Shown here one piece after another: positions 19,615 to 29,625 of a stretch of 64,000 bases of DNA; positions within the stretch are counted from its first letter, which is position 1, and each line of letters begins with the position of its first letter. Origin of the DNA: Nanobdellota archaeon (GTDB lineage Archaea; Nanobdellota; Nanobdellia; Pacearchaeales; GW2011-AR1); contig DAHWUG010000001.1 of NCBI GenBank assembly GCA_027334715.1, positions 277,993 to 341,992 of the forward strand, read 5' to 3'. Position numbers and translations under genes: made by a program. Under the pieces are notes generated by a model. The model saw only the letters and a program-made list of their open reading frames with translations. It did not search any database and had not been told where the DNA came from.

Positions 19615-20700
19615 TTGCTTATGGAATACATTTTTATACTTGGAAGAAATCCTGAACTTTCAATTTTAGAGCTAAAAAGCAGGTTAGGTAGTTTTAGTTA
19701 CCGTCAAGTCGGCAATGCTATATTAACTGATGTTCCTCAGCTTAACAAAGGATTTATTACTAAATTAGGCGGAACAATTGCAATCGGCGAAGTTGTCAAC
19801 ATAAAAAAATTAGACACTTCTTACATAAAATCCAACAAACCAAGGTATGTTATATGGAATTTCTCTGACAATGAAAAATTTTATGAGGAAATCAGGGAAG
19901 AACTAAAATCCAGATTCAGGGAAGAAGGATTTAAGGCAACAGAAAAAAGAATTTCTGATTTTCTAAAACTTCAGTCAGGTCAGGAAGTAAGGAACCTTTC
20001 TTCGAGCAAGCTTATTGATGAGCAGTATTTCGTCTTTAATGACAGATTTGGCAGAATAATCGAAACATGCGATTATGAAAAATTGGAAAAGCAGGACATG
20101 GAAAAGCCTGTGAGAAGGGAAAGCCTTGCCATTTCTCCCCGTTTGGCCAAAATAATGATTAATCTCTCAAAGGCAGAACAAGATGAAACAATTGTCGACC
20201 CCTTTTGCGGAGTGGGGGTTATTGCCCAGGAAGCATTAAGGCTTGAAATTAAGGTTATAGGAATTGACAAAGACTCGGAAGCAATAAAAGGAATTTTAAA
20301 AAATCTCAAATGGGGCAAATTTCAAGAGAAAAATTACCAGATTATTAATACAGATTCAATTACAGCAAAGATAAAAAAATCAAACGCCCTCGTGACAGAG
20401 CCAAGCCTGGGGCAGGTTCTCAAGTATGCTCCAAATAAGGAAATAGCATCTGGGATAATAAAAGAATATGAAAAGTTAATAATAAAAGTTCTTAACAACT
20501 TAAAAGATTCTGTTTCAGGAAGATTTGTTTTTACAGGCCCATTTATTCAGACAACATCAAAAACAGGGATAAAAAGAATGGGCTGTGATGCAAATAAAAT
20601 AATTAATAGTACAGGACTTAAGCTTGTTTCAGGATTTCCTGTTGCAGAGTTTAGAGAAAACCAGGTTGTCGGAAGGGAAATATTTGTCTTGGAGCATTAA
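19615..20700 (+). CDS. class I SAM-dependent RNA methyltransferase (Trm11/Trm14-like)
   Basis: SAM-binding motif I VDPFCGVGVIAQEA; N-terminal THUMP-like region. Confidence 0.5.
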   Translation: MLMEYIFILGRNPELSILELKSRLGSFSYRQVGNAILTDVPQLNKGFITKLGGTIAIGEVVNIKKLDTSYIKSNKPRYVIWNFSDNEKFYEEIREELKSRFREEGFKATEKRISDFLKLQSGQEVRNLSSSKLIDEQYFVFNDRFGRIIETCDYEKLEKQDMEKPVRRESLAISPRLAKIMINLSKAEQDETIVDPFCGVGVIAQEALRLEIKVIGIDKDSEAIKGILKNLKWGKFQEKNYQIINTDSITAKIKKSNALVTEPSLGQVLKYAPNKEIASGIIKEYEKLIIKVLNNLKDSVSGRFVFTGPFIQTTSKTGIKRMGCDANKIINSTGLKLVSGFPVAEFRENQVVGREIFVLEH

Positions 20701-20958
20701 ACAGACAATAATTCTCCTGTTTTAGAAACAGATTTTACATTTAATTACTGGAAAAATCGTTACCCTGTAAATATGGAATCTTGTCTGGATTGTGAAGCAC
20801 TTGGAATTTGTGGTGGAGGATGTCCTTATAATGCCTATCTAAACCATTGTGATATCTGGGCATTAGATGAAAGAATGTGTCAACACAATAAACTTATTTT
20901 AAATTGGGCTCTTTGGGACTCGTATGATTCCAGTCATAAAGAACCTTTAAATAAATAG
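20701..20958 (+). pseudogene. remnant of a radical-SAM SPASM domain C-terminus
   Basis: Frame open from the upstream stop: ...NYWKNRYPVNMESCLDCEALGICGGGCPYNAYLNHCDIW = CxxC-x5-CxGGC SPASM-type pattern, with no upstream radical-SAM core. Confidence 0.35.
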
Positions 20959-20974
20959 ACAAACCAATACATAA

Positions 20975-21706
20975 ATGAACCCAAAGGTTAATTTTATTGT
21001 TGCTGGAATTAATGAAACAATTGATGTATTTATGGATTTTTTGAACTTTAAAGAAGATAGCCAAAAGATATTTTCCAAATATTCGGCACTTAAGGAACGT
21101 TTTGAAAATTCAAGAAATAAAAAAAAAGCAGTTCGCGACTTTTTCTTTCAATTTGAAACAAAAAATAGGAAAATTTATGAGCAGGTTAGGGATGAATTTC
21201 AGAAAGAATGGGATAAAATAAATGATCCTATTATGAATGCCCTAGAAGAAGTAAATGAAATTAAATGGGAAGACGAGGCTTTCACTGCAAGGGTTACATC
21301 TAATCCTATATGCCCAAGGTACTTAAGTGAAAATACTTTTGATGTTTATTTTGGGCTTCATAATGATTTAATGATAAGGATAGTAATCCATGAACTGTCA
21401 CATTTCATCTTCTTTAAAAAATGGGATAGTATTTTCCCAAACTATAATCATGAAGAATTTGAATCGCCACATTTGCTATGGAAATTAAGTGAAATGATTC
21501 CTTATGTTATTCTAGGAGACAAACGGATTCAAGAAATTTATAAACATGAACCAGCTGTCTATGATGTTTGGCATAAAATTGAAATTAATGGAAAACCCAT
21601 TCTAAAATTATTACAGGAGATTTATGATAATAGAAGAGACTTTAAGGATTTTGTACGAAAATCCTGGGAACTTGTCAAAAATAACCGAAATATTTTATCT
21701 AGTTAA
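20975..21706 (+). CDS. hypothetical protein with HExxH motif (possible metallopeptidase-like)
   Basis: VIHELSHFIF; 243 aa. Confidence 0.3.
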   Translation: MNPKVNFIVAGINETIDVFMDFLNFKEDSQKIFSKYSALKERFENSRNKKKAVRDFFFQFETKNRKIYEQVRDEFQKEWDKINDPIMNALEEVNEIKWEDEAFTARVTSNPICPRYLSENTFDVYFGLHNDLMIRIVIHELSHFIFFKKWDSIFPNYNHEEFESPHLLWKLSEMIPYVILGDKRIQEIYKHEPAVYDVWHKIEINGKPILKLLQEIYDNRRDFKDFVRKSWELVKNNRNILSS

Positions 21707-21947
21707 ACCAGCCACTTTTTTCCTTTTTATTAATAAAGTCAAGATTTGCTATAACTGCTGCAACATCATTAATTGTATACAAGAAATTTGCTTATAAATT
21801 CTCCTCTTAATATTTTGAGATAATTAGGATAACTTTAAAAACCAAATTTTGATATGATATAAAGAGTAGATTTTAAGGTTTAGGGTGCAAAACCCAATCT
21901 ATCACAAAAAAACCTCTAGATTCTACAAATATTAATAGGAAAACATA

Positions 21948-22208
21948 ATGACAAACGGAAAAGTTATACAATTCAGAAGAGGAGTAAATACTATTCGGGA
22001 AAGGCATTTTATCATAGAAGTTGAAGGATCTAAAAACAGAAAAGAAGCAGGACAATTTATTGGAAAAATTGTTGAATGGAAATCTCCTGCAGGCAAAATA
22101 ATCAAGGGGAAAATAATGGCCGCACACGGAAATAAGGGACTTGTAAGAGCTGCTTTTGAGCGCGGATTGCCAGGCCAGGCATTGATAACAAAGGTGGAGA
22201 TAAAATGA
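21948..22208 (+). CDS. rpl35ae: 50S ribosomal protein L35Ae
   Basis: Full-length similarity to the L35Ae pattern (GKV...RRG.NTI..RHFIIEV...AAHGNKGLVRA.F...LPGQAL). Confidence 0.85.
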   Translation: MTNGKVIQFRRGVNTIRERHFIIEVEGSKNRKEAGQFIGKIVEWKSPAGKIIKGKIMAAHGNKGLVRAAFERGLPGQALITKVEIK

Positions 22209-22417
22209 GAGAAATTGGCGGAACAGATTATTGCGTTAGATTAGATAATGTAAAAAGAATAAGAGATATGAAAGATGATGGCTATAAATCTTTAACAGCA
22301 CGTGAACCTCAACTAAGCAGTTATAGAACATCCTTTTTAATAGCTAAAGAAAAATTATTCAGGGGCATAGAAGCAATTATGACGCTTTTTAATAAATCAG
22401 GAACTAATTCATGGTAA
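22205..22417 (+). CDS. hypothetical small protein between two r-protein genes
   Basis: ORF track; 4-nt overlap with rpl35ae. Confidence 0.3.
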   Translation: MREIGGTDYCVRLDNVKRIRDMKDDGYKSLTAREPQLSSYRTSFLIAKEKLFRGIEAIMTLFNKSGTNSW

Positions 22418-22418
22418 A

Positions 22419-22970
22419 ATGGGACTAAGAAAAGCATCTGCATACACGCACAAGCACGTTGTTCCTTTCACAAGGACAAGCAGCAAGAAGGGGAAAGCTT
22501 ACATAAAGACAGTTCCCCCTCAGGCAATTGTAAAATTCTCAATGGGCTCCCAGGGAGATTTCGAATCTGGAAAACTTCCATATGTTCTTACAATGGTAAC
22601 CCAGGAGCATGCTCAGATAAGAAATAATGCCCTGGAAGCTGCAAGACAGTATATCAACAAGCAGCTTGATACAGATCTTCCAGGACAATATTATTTCAAG
22701 GTTGTTCCTTACCCTCATCATATTCAGAGGGAAAATAAAATGCTTACAGGGGCTGGGGCAGACAGAATGCAGACAGGAATGCAGCTTTCCTTCGGGAAAT
22801 CCGTCGGAAAAGCAGCAATTGTAAGGCCAAACGACCCTATTTTTATGATTGCAATTCCAAATGAAAAAGCAACAGTAACTGTTAGGGAGATATTCAGAAT
22901 TGTCAAGCCAAAGCTTCCCTGCAGGACTAAGATTCTTTTCGAGATGAAAATGGTTCCTGCCAAAGTTTAG
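22419..22970 (+). CDS. rpl10e: 50S ribosomal protein L10e (uL16)
   Basis: RKASAYT...GAGADRMQTGM...FGK signature; 183 aa. Confidence 0.9.
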   Translation: MGLRKASAYTHKHVVPFTRTSSKKGKAYIKTVPPQAIVKFSMGSQGDFESGKLPYVLTMVTQEHAQIRNNALEAARQYINKQLDTDLPGQYYFKVVPYPHHIQRENKMLTGAGADRMQTGMQLSFGKSVGKAAIVRPNDPIFMIAIPNEKATVTVREIFRIVKPKLPCRTKILFEMKMVPAKV

Positions 22971-23035
22971 TTAATTCTTAACTAAATAGTAGTTACATCC
23001 ATAACATTTATAAACCTCAAAATCAGAGAAAAACT

Positions 23036-23629
23036 ATGACAAACTCAAAAGAGAAAGCAGAACAAGAAGCAAGGGAAAAGATGAGAGCTATTGCACTGAA
23101 AAATCTCAATGAAAAAGATCTTCTTAACTTTGCTATAGCTTATCTTACTCAGAGTAATCCAGGTTTTGGAGAAGAGGATAATTCTGCAGTTGATGAATTT
23201 CTTTATCAGCCTTCATTGAAAAAAGGGCCTAATGCTTATGACCTTAAGACAGGAGATAAGGCAAATCTTCTTCTTGATGGATTGCTAGGTTCAAGAAAAG
23301 GCGGAAAAAGATATACAGGACAAGTCAGCGAATATGACATGATAGAATCAGCTGCAAAAATAGTGCAGGATTCTCTTGGAACATTAAAAGTAAGTGATGT
23401 TATCTCACTTCTTGGTTCAGATGTAAAAATCAAGGACGCTTACAAAAATGTATATCTTGGTGATTTAGCAAAATCAGACAATAAAGAATACAAGCAGATT
23501 GTACAAACTCTTATAGGAGGATACATGGGTTACATGACTACACAAGGAGTTTCAAAAGCTCTTGGAACAAGAGCAAGTACAATAAAGAGCGGTCTTGAAA
23601 ATATTGTAAAAGAAGAAGACAAGAAATAA
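23036..23629 (+). CDS. hypothetical protein
   Basis: ORF track. Confidence 0.35.
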   Translation: MTNSKEKAEQEAREKMRAIALKNLNEKDLLNFAIAYLTQSNPGFGEEDNSAVDEFLYQPSLKKGPNAYDLKTGDKANLLLDGLLGSRKGGKRYTGQVSEYDMIESAAKIVQDSLGTLKVSDVISLLGSDVKIKDAYKNVYLGDLAKSDNKEYKQIVQTLIGGYMGYMTTQGVSKALGTRASTIKSGLENIVKEEDKK

Positions 23630-23643
23630 TTCTATATTTTAAA

Positions 23644-23937
23644 ATGTCTATAAACCTTGAAGAGGAAATTGAATGTGATGAATTTGAGGAAGATAGACGT
23701 TATAACTTAGATTTTGCTCCCCGTAGATTCGAGCCAAGATATGTCAGAGAAAATATCCTTGGAAGGTATATAAGTAGCTTAGCAAAAGAATTCTCGCCTG
23801 AAGGATACAATTATAGCAGCATGATATCTGCAATTTCTAAATTTGAAAGGGACCTTATAAAAAATCCCCTAAAAAATAAGTATATAATAAAATATTTAGA
23901 ATTTTTAAAAGAACAAGGATTTGTTTACTCCCCATAA
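23644..23937 (+). CDS. hypothetical protein
   Basis: ORF track. Confidence 0.3.
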   Translation: MSINLEEEIECDEFEEDRRYNLDFAPRRFEPRYVRENILGRYISSLAKEFSPEGYNYSSMISAISKFERDLIKNPLKNKYIIKYLEFLKEQGFVYSP

Positions 23938-23949
23938 TATTAAACAATT

Positions 23950-24798
23950 TTATTCAATCAAACTTTTTACAATCTGTGCCATCACATCCAAGAATTCTTC
24001 TGCCCTGTCCTGCCAGGCGTCAATTTCTATTCCCCTTAATTCTTTTATTTCCCCATGATCTATCTTTTTGTGCAAAACCAAGAGGTCCCTGTACCAAACA
24101 ACATATTTCATGTTGAGCTTTTTTTCATCTACAAAAGTTGTTTTCAAATCTATTGCAATATGCTCTGGGGAAGCAGGGGGGACATTTGCGGCTATAAGCG
24201 CTGCATGGGCTGAATCAACCATTGCCCAGTATAACCCTTCTATTGAATTTAACACTGAAATTTTGCTTCTAACTATGTGTACTGGAGCTCTTTGGAGCGC
24301 GCTGTAAATTGCTTCAGGCGTTGACCTTATTTTTCCTTTCAAAAGAAGACTTTTCAGGGGATTAAAAAACCCTGCCATGTCAATCATTGCTTCTCCATAA
24401 CGGAGAACATTAAGGACAACAGGGTCTCCACGCATTAAGTCTTCCCACCATGTGCTTAGCTTAACAGTATTTACATGCAAAGCCATTTGGTAAGGATTTG
24501 CCTTTATTATTTTTTCAAGCTCTTCCCTGTACCATGCAATAAGCTCTTCATCCCAATTTATTGCAACATCATCGAGCAGAATGATTATGTCTATGTCAGA
24601 ACCTGTGACAGTTGTCTGCTTAGCAGTTGAGCCGAAGAGAACAACTGATTTTATCAGCTTGTCAAATCTCTGGTATGCTTTTGTTGCAAAATCCATTGCA
24701 ATATCACTTTCTTTTTTAAGCTGAAGAGTGGGGACATTTTTTGGAATTTTTGGAATTTTTAGCTTTAGAACTTTCTGCTTTTGTTTTTTATTCTGCAT
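23950..24798 (-). CDS. minimal nucleotidyltransferase (MNT) domain protein with helical C-terminal domain
   Basis: VVLFGSTAKQTTVTGSDIDIIILLDD = GS...DxD motif. Confidence 0.5.
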   Translation of the reverse strand: MQNKKQKQKVLKLKIPKIPKNVPTLQLKKESDIAMDFATKAYQRFDKLIKSVVLFGSTAKQTTVTGSDIDIIILLDDVAINWDEELIAWYREELEKIIKANPYQMALHVNTVKLSTWWEDLMRGDPVVLNVLRYGEAMIDMAGFFNPLKSLLLKGKIRSTPEAIYSALQRAPVHIVRSKISVLNSIEGLYWAMVDSAHAALIAANVPPASPEHIAIDLKTTFVDEKKLNMKYVVWYRDLLVLHKKIDHGEIKELRGIEIDAWQDRAEEFLDVMAQIVKSLIE

Positions 24799-24951
24799 TT
24801 TACCTCTTTTATATAGTCTAATATATATTATTCAACACTCTTTTTAAATATTGCCCGTTCATTTCATTCGCCTTCATTTTTCCAATAAATTTTAATTTAA
24901 ATTGATTAAGTTTTACAGTATATTTTTTGGTTTGTTTACCAAAACAAATTT

Positions 24952-26769
24952 TTACTCCATCGGTCTGCCTGACATTCTGCTCCCCTGGCCACCCTGAACC
25001 TGGCCCCCAAGCTCTGCAGGCAGCCTAGAGAAACCTGTCCCGAATGTTTCATAATTCACCTGAGGAAGCCAGTTTCCTGAAAGACCCTCCTGATATCCTT
25101 GGTACAATGCTGGTGCCTGTGGCCAGTATGGAGCCATTTTCATTCCATAAATAGGAGAGCCTGTCGCTTCCAGAGTTTCCTGGAAAGGGGATGTTTTGAA
25201 GTGCTCCCACCATTGTCCTGCTTCTATAATTTTTTTTGCATCATATCCTTTTTCTCCAAGCTTTTCCATAATCTGCTTCAAAGGAACATTTCCCATTCCC
25301 ATTGGTAGTTCTGTATGCTCAAAGCCGAAATTATCAGAAAGATGAACATGCTTCAAGACAGGCGCTATTTTTTCAGATTCCTTTACAATATCCTCTTCCT
25401 TGTAGCCGAATTTTCTTAGCATGTTTATGTGGCCAACATCCCATGTTGCGCCTATTAATTTTTTAGCCTGTTCTTCTGCCTCCCCTTTAGACATTCCAAG
25501 ACCGCCTTTACCATGCTCCTCTGGAGGTTTTACAGCATTTTCAACAAATTTCTTTCTTGATTCCTCAACTAATTTTTTTAAATCTTCAGCAGTGCTTATT
25601 GCAGCTCCTGCTGGAGGATTTTCTATAGAAATAATAGGTGCAGTTTTTTTGTATTTTTTGTATGCTTCAAATGCTGCATTGCCAAAGCTTTCAGATGATT
25701 TTTCAATTGCAAAATCCTCTACTGGAACCCACATTTTAGGAATGTATTCCCTGCTTTTTAGGGTATTAAGAAGATTTTCCATTGCATGCGCCTGAGCAAA
25801 AGGACTTTTACTTCCTTTTTCCAATTCTGATCTGAACTCTTCATTCAGTTTTTTCAGTGCATCTTTTTGCTCTTGGTCCCCAAATTCATATGCTTTGCTG
25901 AACAATGATGTTACGTGCTGATTAATATCTTCAATGTAACTATTGACTCTCATGAACTTGTCAGCTATTTCTGCCTGCGTTTCTGAAGGGAGATTATTGA
26001 AATCCTCTTTTTTTATTTCTCCTGTTACTGGATCTGCAAGTTGCTGAAGAAATGGCCTTGTTTTTTCAAGAAGTTCATTTGCCCTTTCTTGGTTAAAAAA
26101 AAGCTGATCTATATTACTCTGCCAATTTGTTACATTATAAGATTCCATTCTTTGTTCAGGAGTTCTTTGTTCGCCTTTTTCAAGGTTTTCCATTCCAGGA
26201 GTGTACTGCACTTCTGGTTCCATTGGCGCAACTTTTCCATCTTCACGATTTACCATTATCAATCTTTTGTATTTTTCTCCTGTTTTTTCCCTCTCTCCTG
26301 GAGGTAGAAATTGGGAGCCTGGAAGGCCGTGTGTGGAATGGAAAGTAACATTAATATTTCCATCTGGATTTAATTCATGGCTTCGCAAGAGGGCGTTTGC
26401 AATGCTTCTTTCTGCTGCTTCTCTTTCTATTTCGCTGAATCCTCCCCCTCTTGGATCAAGCCCTGATGCTTCAACCAATGGCGCATGCATTGTTATGTCA
26501 ACCCCAGTAAGCTTTGAAAGCCTGTTGACTTCCTTCAATTGCTGTTTGGGTATAGAGTCAAATACATCTGGTTTTACAGTAGATATTTCAACTGTTTTTA
26601 CTCCTGGGGAAAGCTTTGCAGAAAATTCCTGCAACACATTTGCTGTTCTTGGGTCTGTTGCCATTCCGAACCTTCCCATATTTATGTATGCATTATCAGG
26701 AGGAGTCATTGATGAATAGCCTCCCTGATATATATCAGATATTGTGTAACCTCTTTTTTCTTCTGCCAT
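24952..26769 (-). CDS. xylose-isomerase-like / endonuclease-IV-like TIM-barrel protein split by an insertion of about 300 aa
   Basis: N-terminal half VDITMHAPLVEASG; C-terminal half ISIENPP, ATWDVGHINM, KHVHLSDN, HTELPMGMGNVPL match the metal-ligand blocks of that superfamily; the middle is helical. Confidence 0.4.
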   Translation of the reverse strand: MAEEKRGYTISDIYQGGYSSMTPPDNAYINMGRFGMATDPRTANVLQEFSAKLSPGVKTVEISTVKPDVFDSIPKQQLKEVNRLSKLTGVDITMHAPLVEASGLDPRGGGFSEIEREAAERSIANALLRSHELNPDGNINVTFHSTHGLPGSQFLPPGEREKTGEKYKRLIMVNREDGKVAPMEPEVQYTPGMENLEKGEQRTPEQRMESYNVTNWQSNIDQLFFNQERANELLEKTRPFLQQLADPVTGEIKKEDFNNLPSETQAEIADKFMRVNSYIEDINQHVTSLFSKAYEFGDQEQKDALKKLNEEFRSELEKGSKSPFAQAHAMENLLNTLKSREYIPKMWVPVEDFAIEKSSESFGNAAFEAYKKYKKTAPIISIENPPAGAAISTAEDLKKLVEESRKKFVENAVKPPEEHGKGGLGMSKGEAEEQAKKLIGATWDVGHINMLRKFGYKEEDIVKESEKIAPVLKHVHLSDNFGFEHTELPMGMGNVPLKQIMEKLGEKGYDAKKIIEAGQWWEHFKTSPFQETLEATGSPIYGMKMAPYWPQAPALYQGYQEGLSGNWLPQVNYETFGTGFSRLPAELGGQVQGGQGSRMSGRPME

Positions 26770-26807
26770 TTTACTTTTATATAGGGAAAATTTTGTTTAA
26801 ATAATTA

Positions 26808-27428
26808 TCACTCTGGAACTTTTGGTTTGTATTCCTTGTATCTTTCTTCCTCTCTTTCAAACATGTTCATTCTTCCTTCTTTTTCTGTATCAACTCTTTT
26901 TGCCCTTTCAACTCTTTCAAGAGATGAGTCAGAAGAAAGTCTTGAATCAGCAACTCTCTGAAACATGAACTCTGGATTTTTCTGCAAAAAATCACTCTGC
27001 CTTGTTCCTGAATAAATTCTTTCTGCTCTTTCCGTTCTTGAGTCAGCAGAAGCTGAATATTTTGGCTCATCACTACCCGGTGTGTTAGAATATTTGAATT
27101 CATCGGCTTCTTCTCCTGTTTCCAATTGCAATCCCCCGACAAAAACAGGGCGCGGAGCAGACAAAGCCATGCGCTCAAGAGCAACAGAACCTTTTTCCGA
27201 CGAATCTGGAAGATTTGTGAAATTGTTGAATTCAAGATTTTTTAGGTCAATGTTTGTCATGTCAGGTTCTTCATTTTCCTGCCCGACATCTTCTTCCAAT
27301 TTCATGTTTTCAAGGTCAAGGTCAAAATCAAGCTCTTGCTTCGGCTTAATTTTTTTATTAATACCCTTGCTTCTTTTGCTCTTAACATTAGCATTTTTTT
27401 TATTTTTTATCATTAAAATTAAAGACAA
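26808..27428 (-). CDS. low-complexity acidic/basic (disordered) protein
   Basis: ORF track; ER/K-rich with internal RxERAxR repeats. Confidence 0.3.
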   Translation of the reverse strand: MSLILMIKNKKNANVKSKRSKGINKKIKPKQELDFDLDLENMKLEEDVGQENEEPDMTNIDLKNLEFNNFTNLPDSSEKGSVALERMALSAPRPVFVGGLQLETGEEADEFKYSNTPGSDEPKYSASADSRTERAERIYSGTRQSDFLQKNPEFMFQRVADSRLSSDSSLERVERAKRVDTEKEGRMNMFEREEERYKEYKPKVPE

Positions 27429-27456
27429 GGCAAATATATAAAAATTACTTATTTAG

Positions 27457-27939
27457 ACATTTTTTACGGGAAAAGAAATAGAAAGGAAGTTTTTAGTTAG
27501 TAGCCTTCCCTTTGGGCTTGAAAGATATGTTTCTCACGAAATAAACCAGGGATATCTTCCTTCAGATAATCCGGATATTGAAAAGAGAGTTAGAAAAAAA
27601 GGCAATAAATTTTTTTACACAGAAAAAACAAAAGGAAACTTGTCAAGAGAAGAAAAAGAAGAAGAGATATCTGAAGACAAATTCCTCACTTTTTGGAGAG
27701 ATACAAAGAAAATGAGAGTTGAGAAAATAAGGTATAAAATCCCATTTTCAGGAAAAATAATTGAGCTTGACATTTACGCCGGAAATTTAGAAGGCTTGCT
27801 TTTGGCAGAAATTGAATTCATTTCAGAAAAGGAAGCACATGATTTTGTCGGTCCTGGCTGGCTTGGCAAAGAGGTAACTTACGACGAAAGGTACAAGAAC
27901 AGAAATCTTGCAGTTAACGGAATTCCCGCACTTACTTAG
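27457..27939 (+). CDS. CYTH-domain (triphosphate tunnel metalloenzyme) protein; start codon unresolved
   Basis: Open frame from the stop at 27454 encodes GKEIERKFLV (ExExK) through EIEFISEKEAHDFVGPGWLGKEVTYDERYKN; first ATG/GTG/TTG in frame is only at 27640. Confidence 0.55.
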   Translation, partial: TFFTGKEIERKFLVSSLPFGLERYVSHEINQGYLPSDNPDIEKRVRKKGNKFFYTEKTKGNLSREEKEEEISEDKFLTFWRDTKKMRVEKIRYKIPFSGKIIELDIYAGNLEGLLLAEIEFISEKEAHDFVGPGWLGKEVTYDERYKNRNLAVNGIPALT

Positions 27940-27944
27940 TTATG

Positions 27945-29390
27945 CTATGTGTAGCTTGGCATGCCATGGGCTTTCTTGTAAACATCAAAAATTTTGAAAG
28001 CCATTTCCTTTGATTTTTCTTCTGCAAATGGTCTTAAGTTCTGAGATTCTGCATATGACTCTTTTTCAGGCCACCAACTTTCCTTTTTTTCTGACTTTTC
28101 TTTTTTTGCTTTTTTGTCATAACCACCAAAAAGAGCCACAAAAGGATTTGATTTATCCCTGCTTTCTTCTTGATTTCCCCCATATTCATCCTTGTCCCCG
28201 AGAAAGAACTTTATTTCATCCTGTATTGTATCAAGACTCTGGCCTGTCGAGCCTTCTATTAGCTTCATGGCATCATCAACATCTGAACTGTCTATCTCTT
28301 CCTTGAATTTGGCAAGCTCATCGCTGTTAAGAACATAGGATTTGAAAGTTACTTCTGCTTTTCCGCCAAATGCATAATGAGATTGCTGGGCAATTCTCTG
28401 AGGAATTCCCCTGAACTTAAATTCAACAAGAGTGCAAACATAGTAGTCTCTTTTCATTTTCATTTTTTCAAATTCTTTTGGAAGATTTCCCGCGACAGCT
28501 TCTTCATCTGCTTTAATTTTCTGCTTTCCAAAAAGGGTAAGCTGAAGTATTATTGTATTGAATGTTTTAACCAAAGCAGGCTCTTTGTCCATTTCCTTCA
28601 TTTCAAGCTGCTGCGCTGCTTTCAGGTATGGTTTTGCCCAGCGCGCATAAAGTTTAAGGGAATTAACCTGGCTTTGGAGATATGATTTCTCAAGCTCATA
28701 CCTTTTTCTCAACTCTTTTTCACTGTTTCCAAGCCAATCATTGAATTCAAGAATTCTTGGCCTAAGAATTCTTTTTACCCTGTCGTTCAAATCAATCTTG
28801 TCAACATCTTTTAAATTCTTCGCAAAAAGAAATGCGTCGATAAGAGTTTGATACTGATATGGCTGACCAATAGTCATTGCCTTTATGCTTGAATTTCCTT
28901 TTGATATGTCAACCTTGTCCATCCATATTTGCTTTAATGCAAGAATTGCAGCATCGCGCTTTGGTGTTTTCAGGTCATTGTACTGAGACAGACGAATCCT
29001 AAATTCTTTAAGGTCATAAATGAGATTAAGTATGCTTCTCAGGACAGTATTAACATCGCCAAGGATTTTCGCACCCTGCTGCTGCATTATTGTTGCCCTT
29101 TGGCCCATTTCTGAAAAATGGCCTGATCCCGGAGAAGAAGCAAAATTATCCTCAAGCTTTTCAGGCTCAAGTTTAAAATCATTCATCAAGTCAAGTATGA
29201 AAAAATATACGGGCTCAAGGGTTTCTGAAGAAGAATCATAAACAAGACCATGCTGCGAAAGTGGCTTTTCTTTTACTTTTTCTGCATCTATATTGGAGGG
29301 AGAACCATATTCCTTCAGAAGCTCGCGCGCATTTTCAGCATATTTTTTAGGGTTTATCTTTCCTATAATCTGGCCCATTGTTGCTACCAT
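27945..29390 (-). CDS. hypothetical protein (481 aa, largely helical)
   Basis: ORF track; no recognisable catalytic motif. Confidence 0.4.
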   Translation of the reverse strand: MVATMGQIIGKINPKKYAENARELLKEYGSPSNIDAEKVKEKPLSQHGLVYDSSSETLEPVYFFILDLMNDFKLEPEKLEDNFASSPGSGHFSEMGQRATIMQQQGAKILGDVNTVLRSILNLIYDLKEFRIRLSQYNDLKTPKRDAAILALKQIWMDKVDISKGNSSIKAMTIGQPYQYQTLIDAFLFAKNLKDVDKIDLNDRVKRILRPRILEFNDWLGNSEKELRKRYELEKSYLQSQVNSLKLYARWAKPYLKAAQQLEMKEMDKEPALVKTFNTIILQLTLFGKQKIKADEEAVAGNLPKEFEKMKMKRDYYVCTLVEFKFRGIPQRIAQQSHYAFGGKAEVTFKSYVLNSDELAKFKEEIDSSDVDDAMKLIEGSTGQSLDTIQDEIKFFLGDKDEYGGNQEESRDKSNPFVALFGGYDKKAKKEKSEKKESWWPEKESYAESQNLRPFAEEKSKEMAFKIFDVYKKAHGMPSYT

Positions 29391-29432
29391 TTACAGAGAA
29401 AGCAACCGTCATTTAAAAAATGTTCTCTGTTA

Positions 29433-29534
29433 CTATTCAGCATCCTCAAAAAACTCGTCTAAGAAACCTTCGTCATTGTCATCATTTTCATTATCAAAAT
29501 CATCCAAGCCATCTTCCTTTGGCTTGTTTTTCAT
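29433..29534 (-). CDS. possible acidic micro-protein (33 aa), MKNKPKEDGLDDFDNENDDNDEGFLDEFFEDAE
   Basis: Short ATG-to-TAG frame just upstream of the 481-aa gene; not in ORF track. Confidence 0.15.
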   Translation of the reverse strand: MKNKPKEDGLDDFDNENDDNDEGFLDEFFEDAE

Positions 29535-29625
29535 TGAAAATTTAAGGCTGTGAAATATATAAATTCTCCGGTCTTTATTAATAGTAGCGAAGAAGTTTTA
29601 TAAAGTATTTTAGATTTTTTAGAAA

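Noticed and set aside
22205-22417. C/D-box sRNA between rpl35ae and rpl10e (aagatgatgg resembles a C box)
   Set aside because: No matching D box (CUGA) at appropriate spacing and the region is an open 70-codon frame overlapping rpl35ae by ATGA; left as a hypothetical CDS
26041-26804. Cluster of + strand ORFs (26041..26307, 26127..26348, 26201..26719, 26616..26804)
   Set aside because: Antisense to the 605-aa TIM-barrel gene; no motifs; typical shadow ORFs
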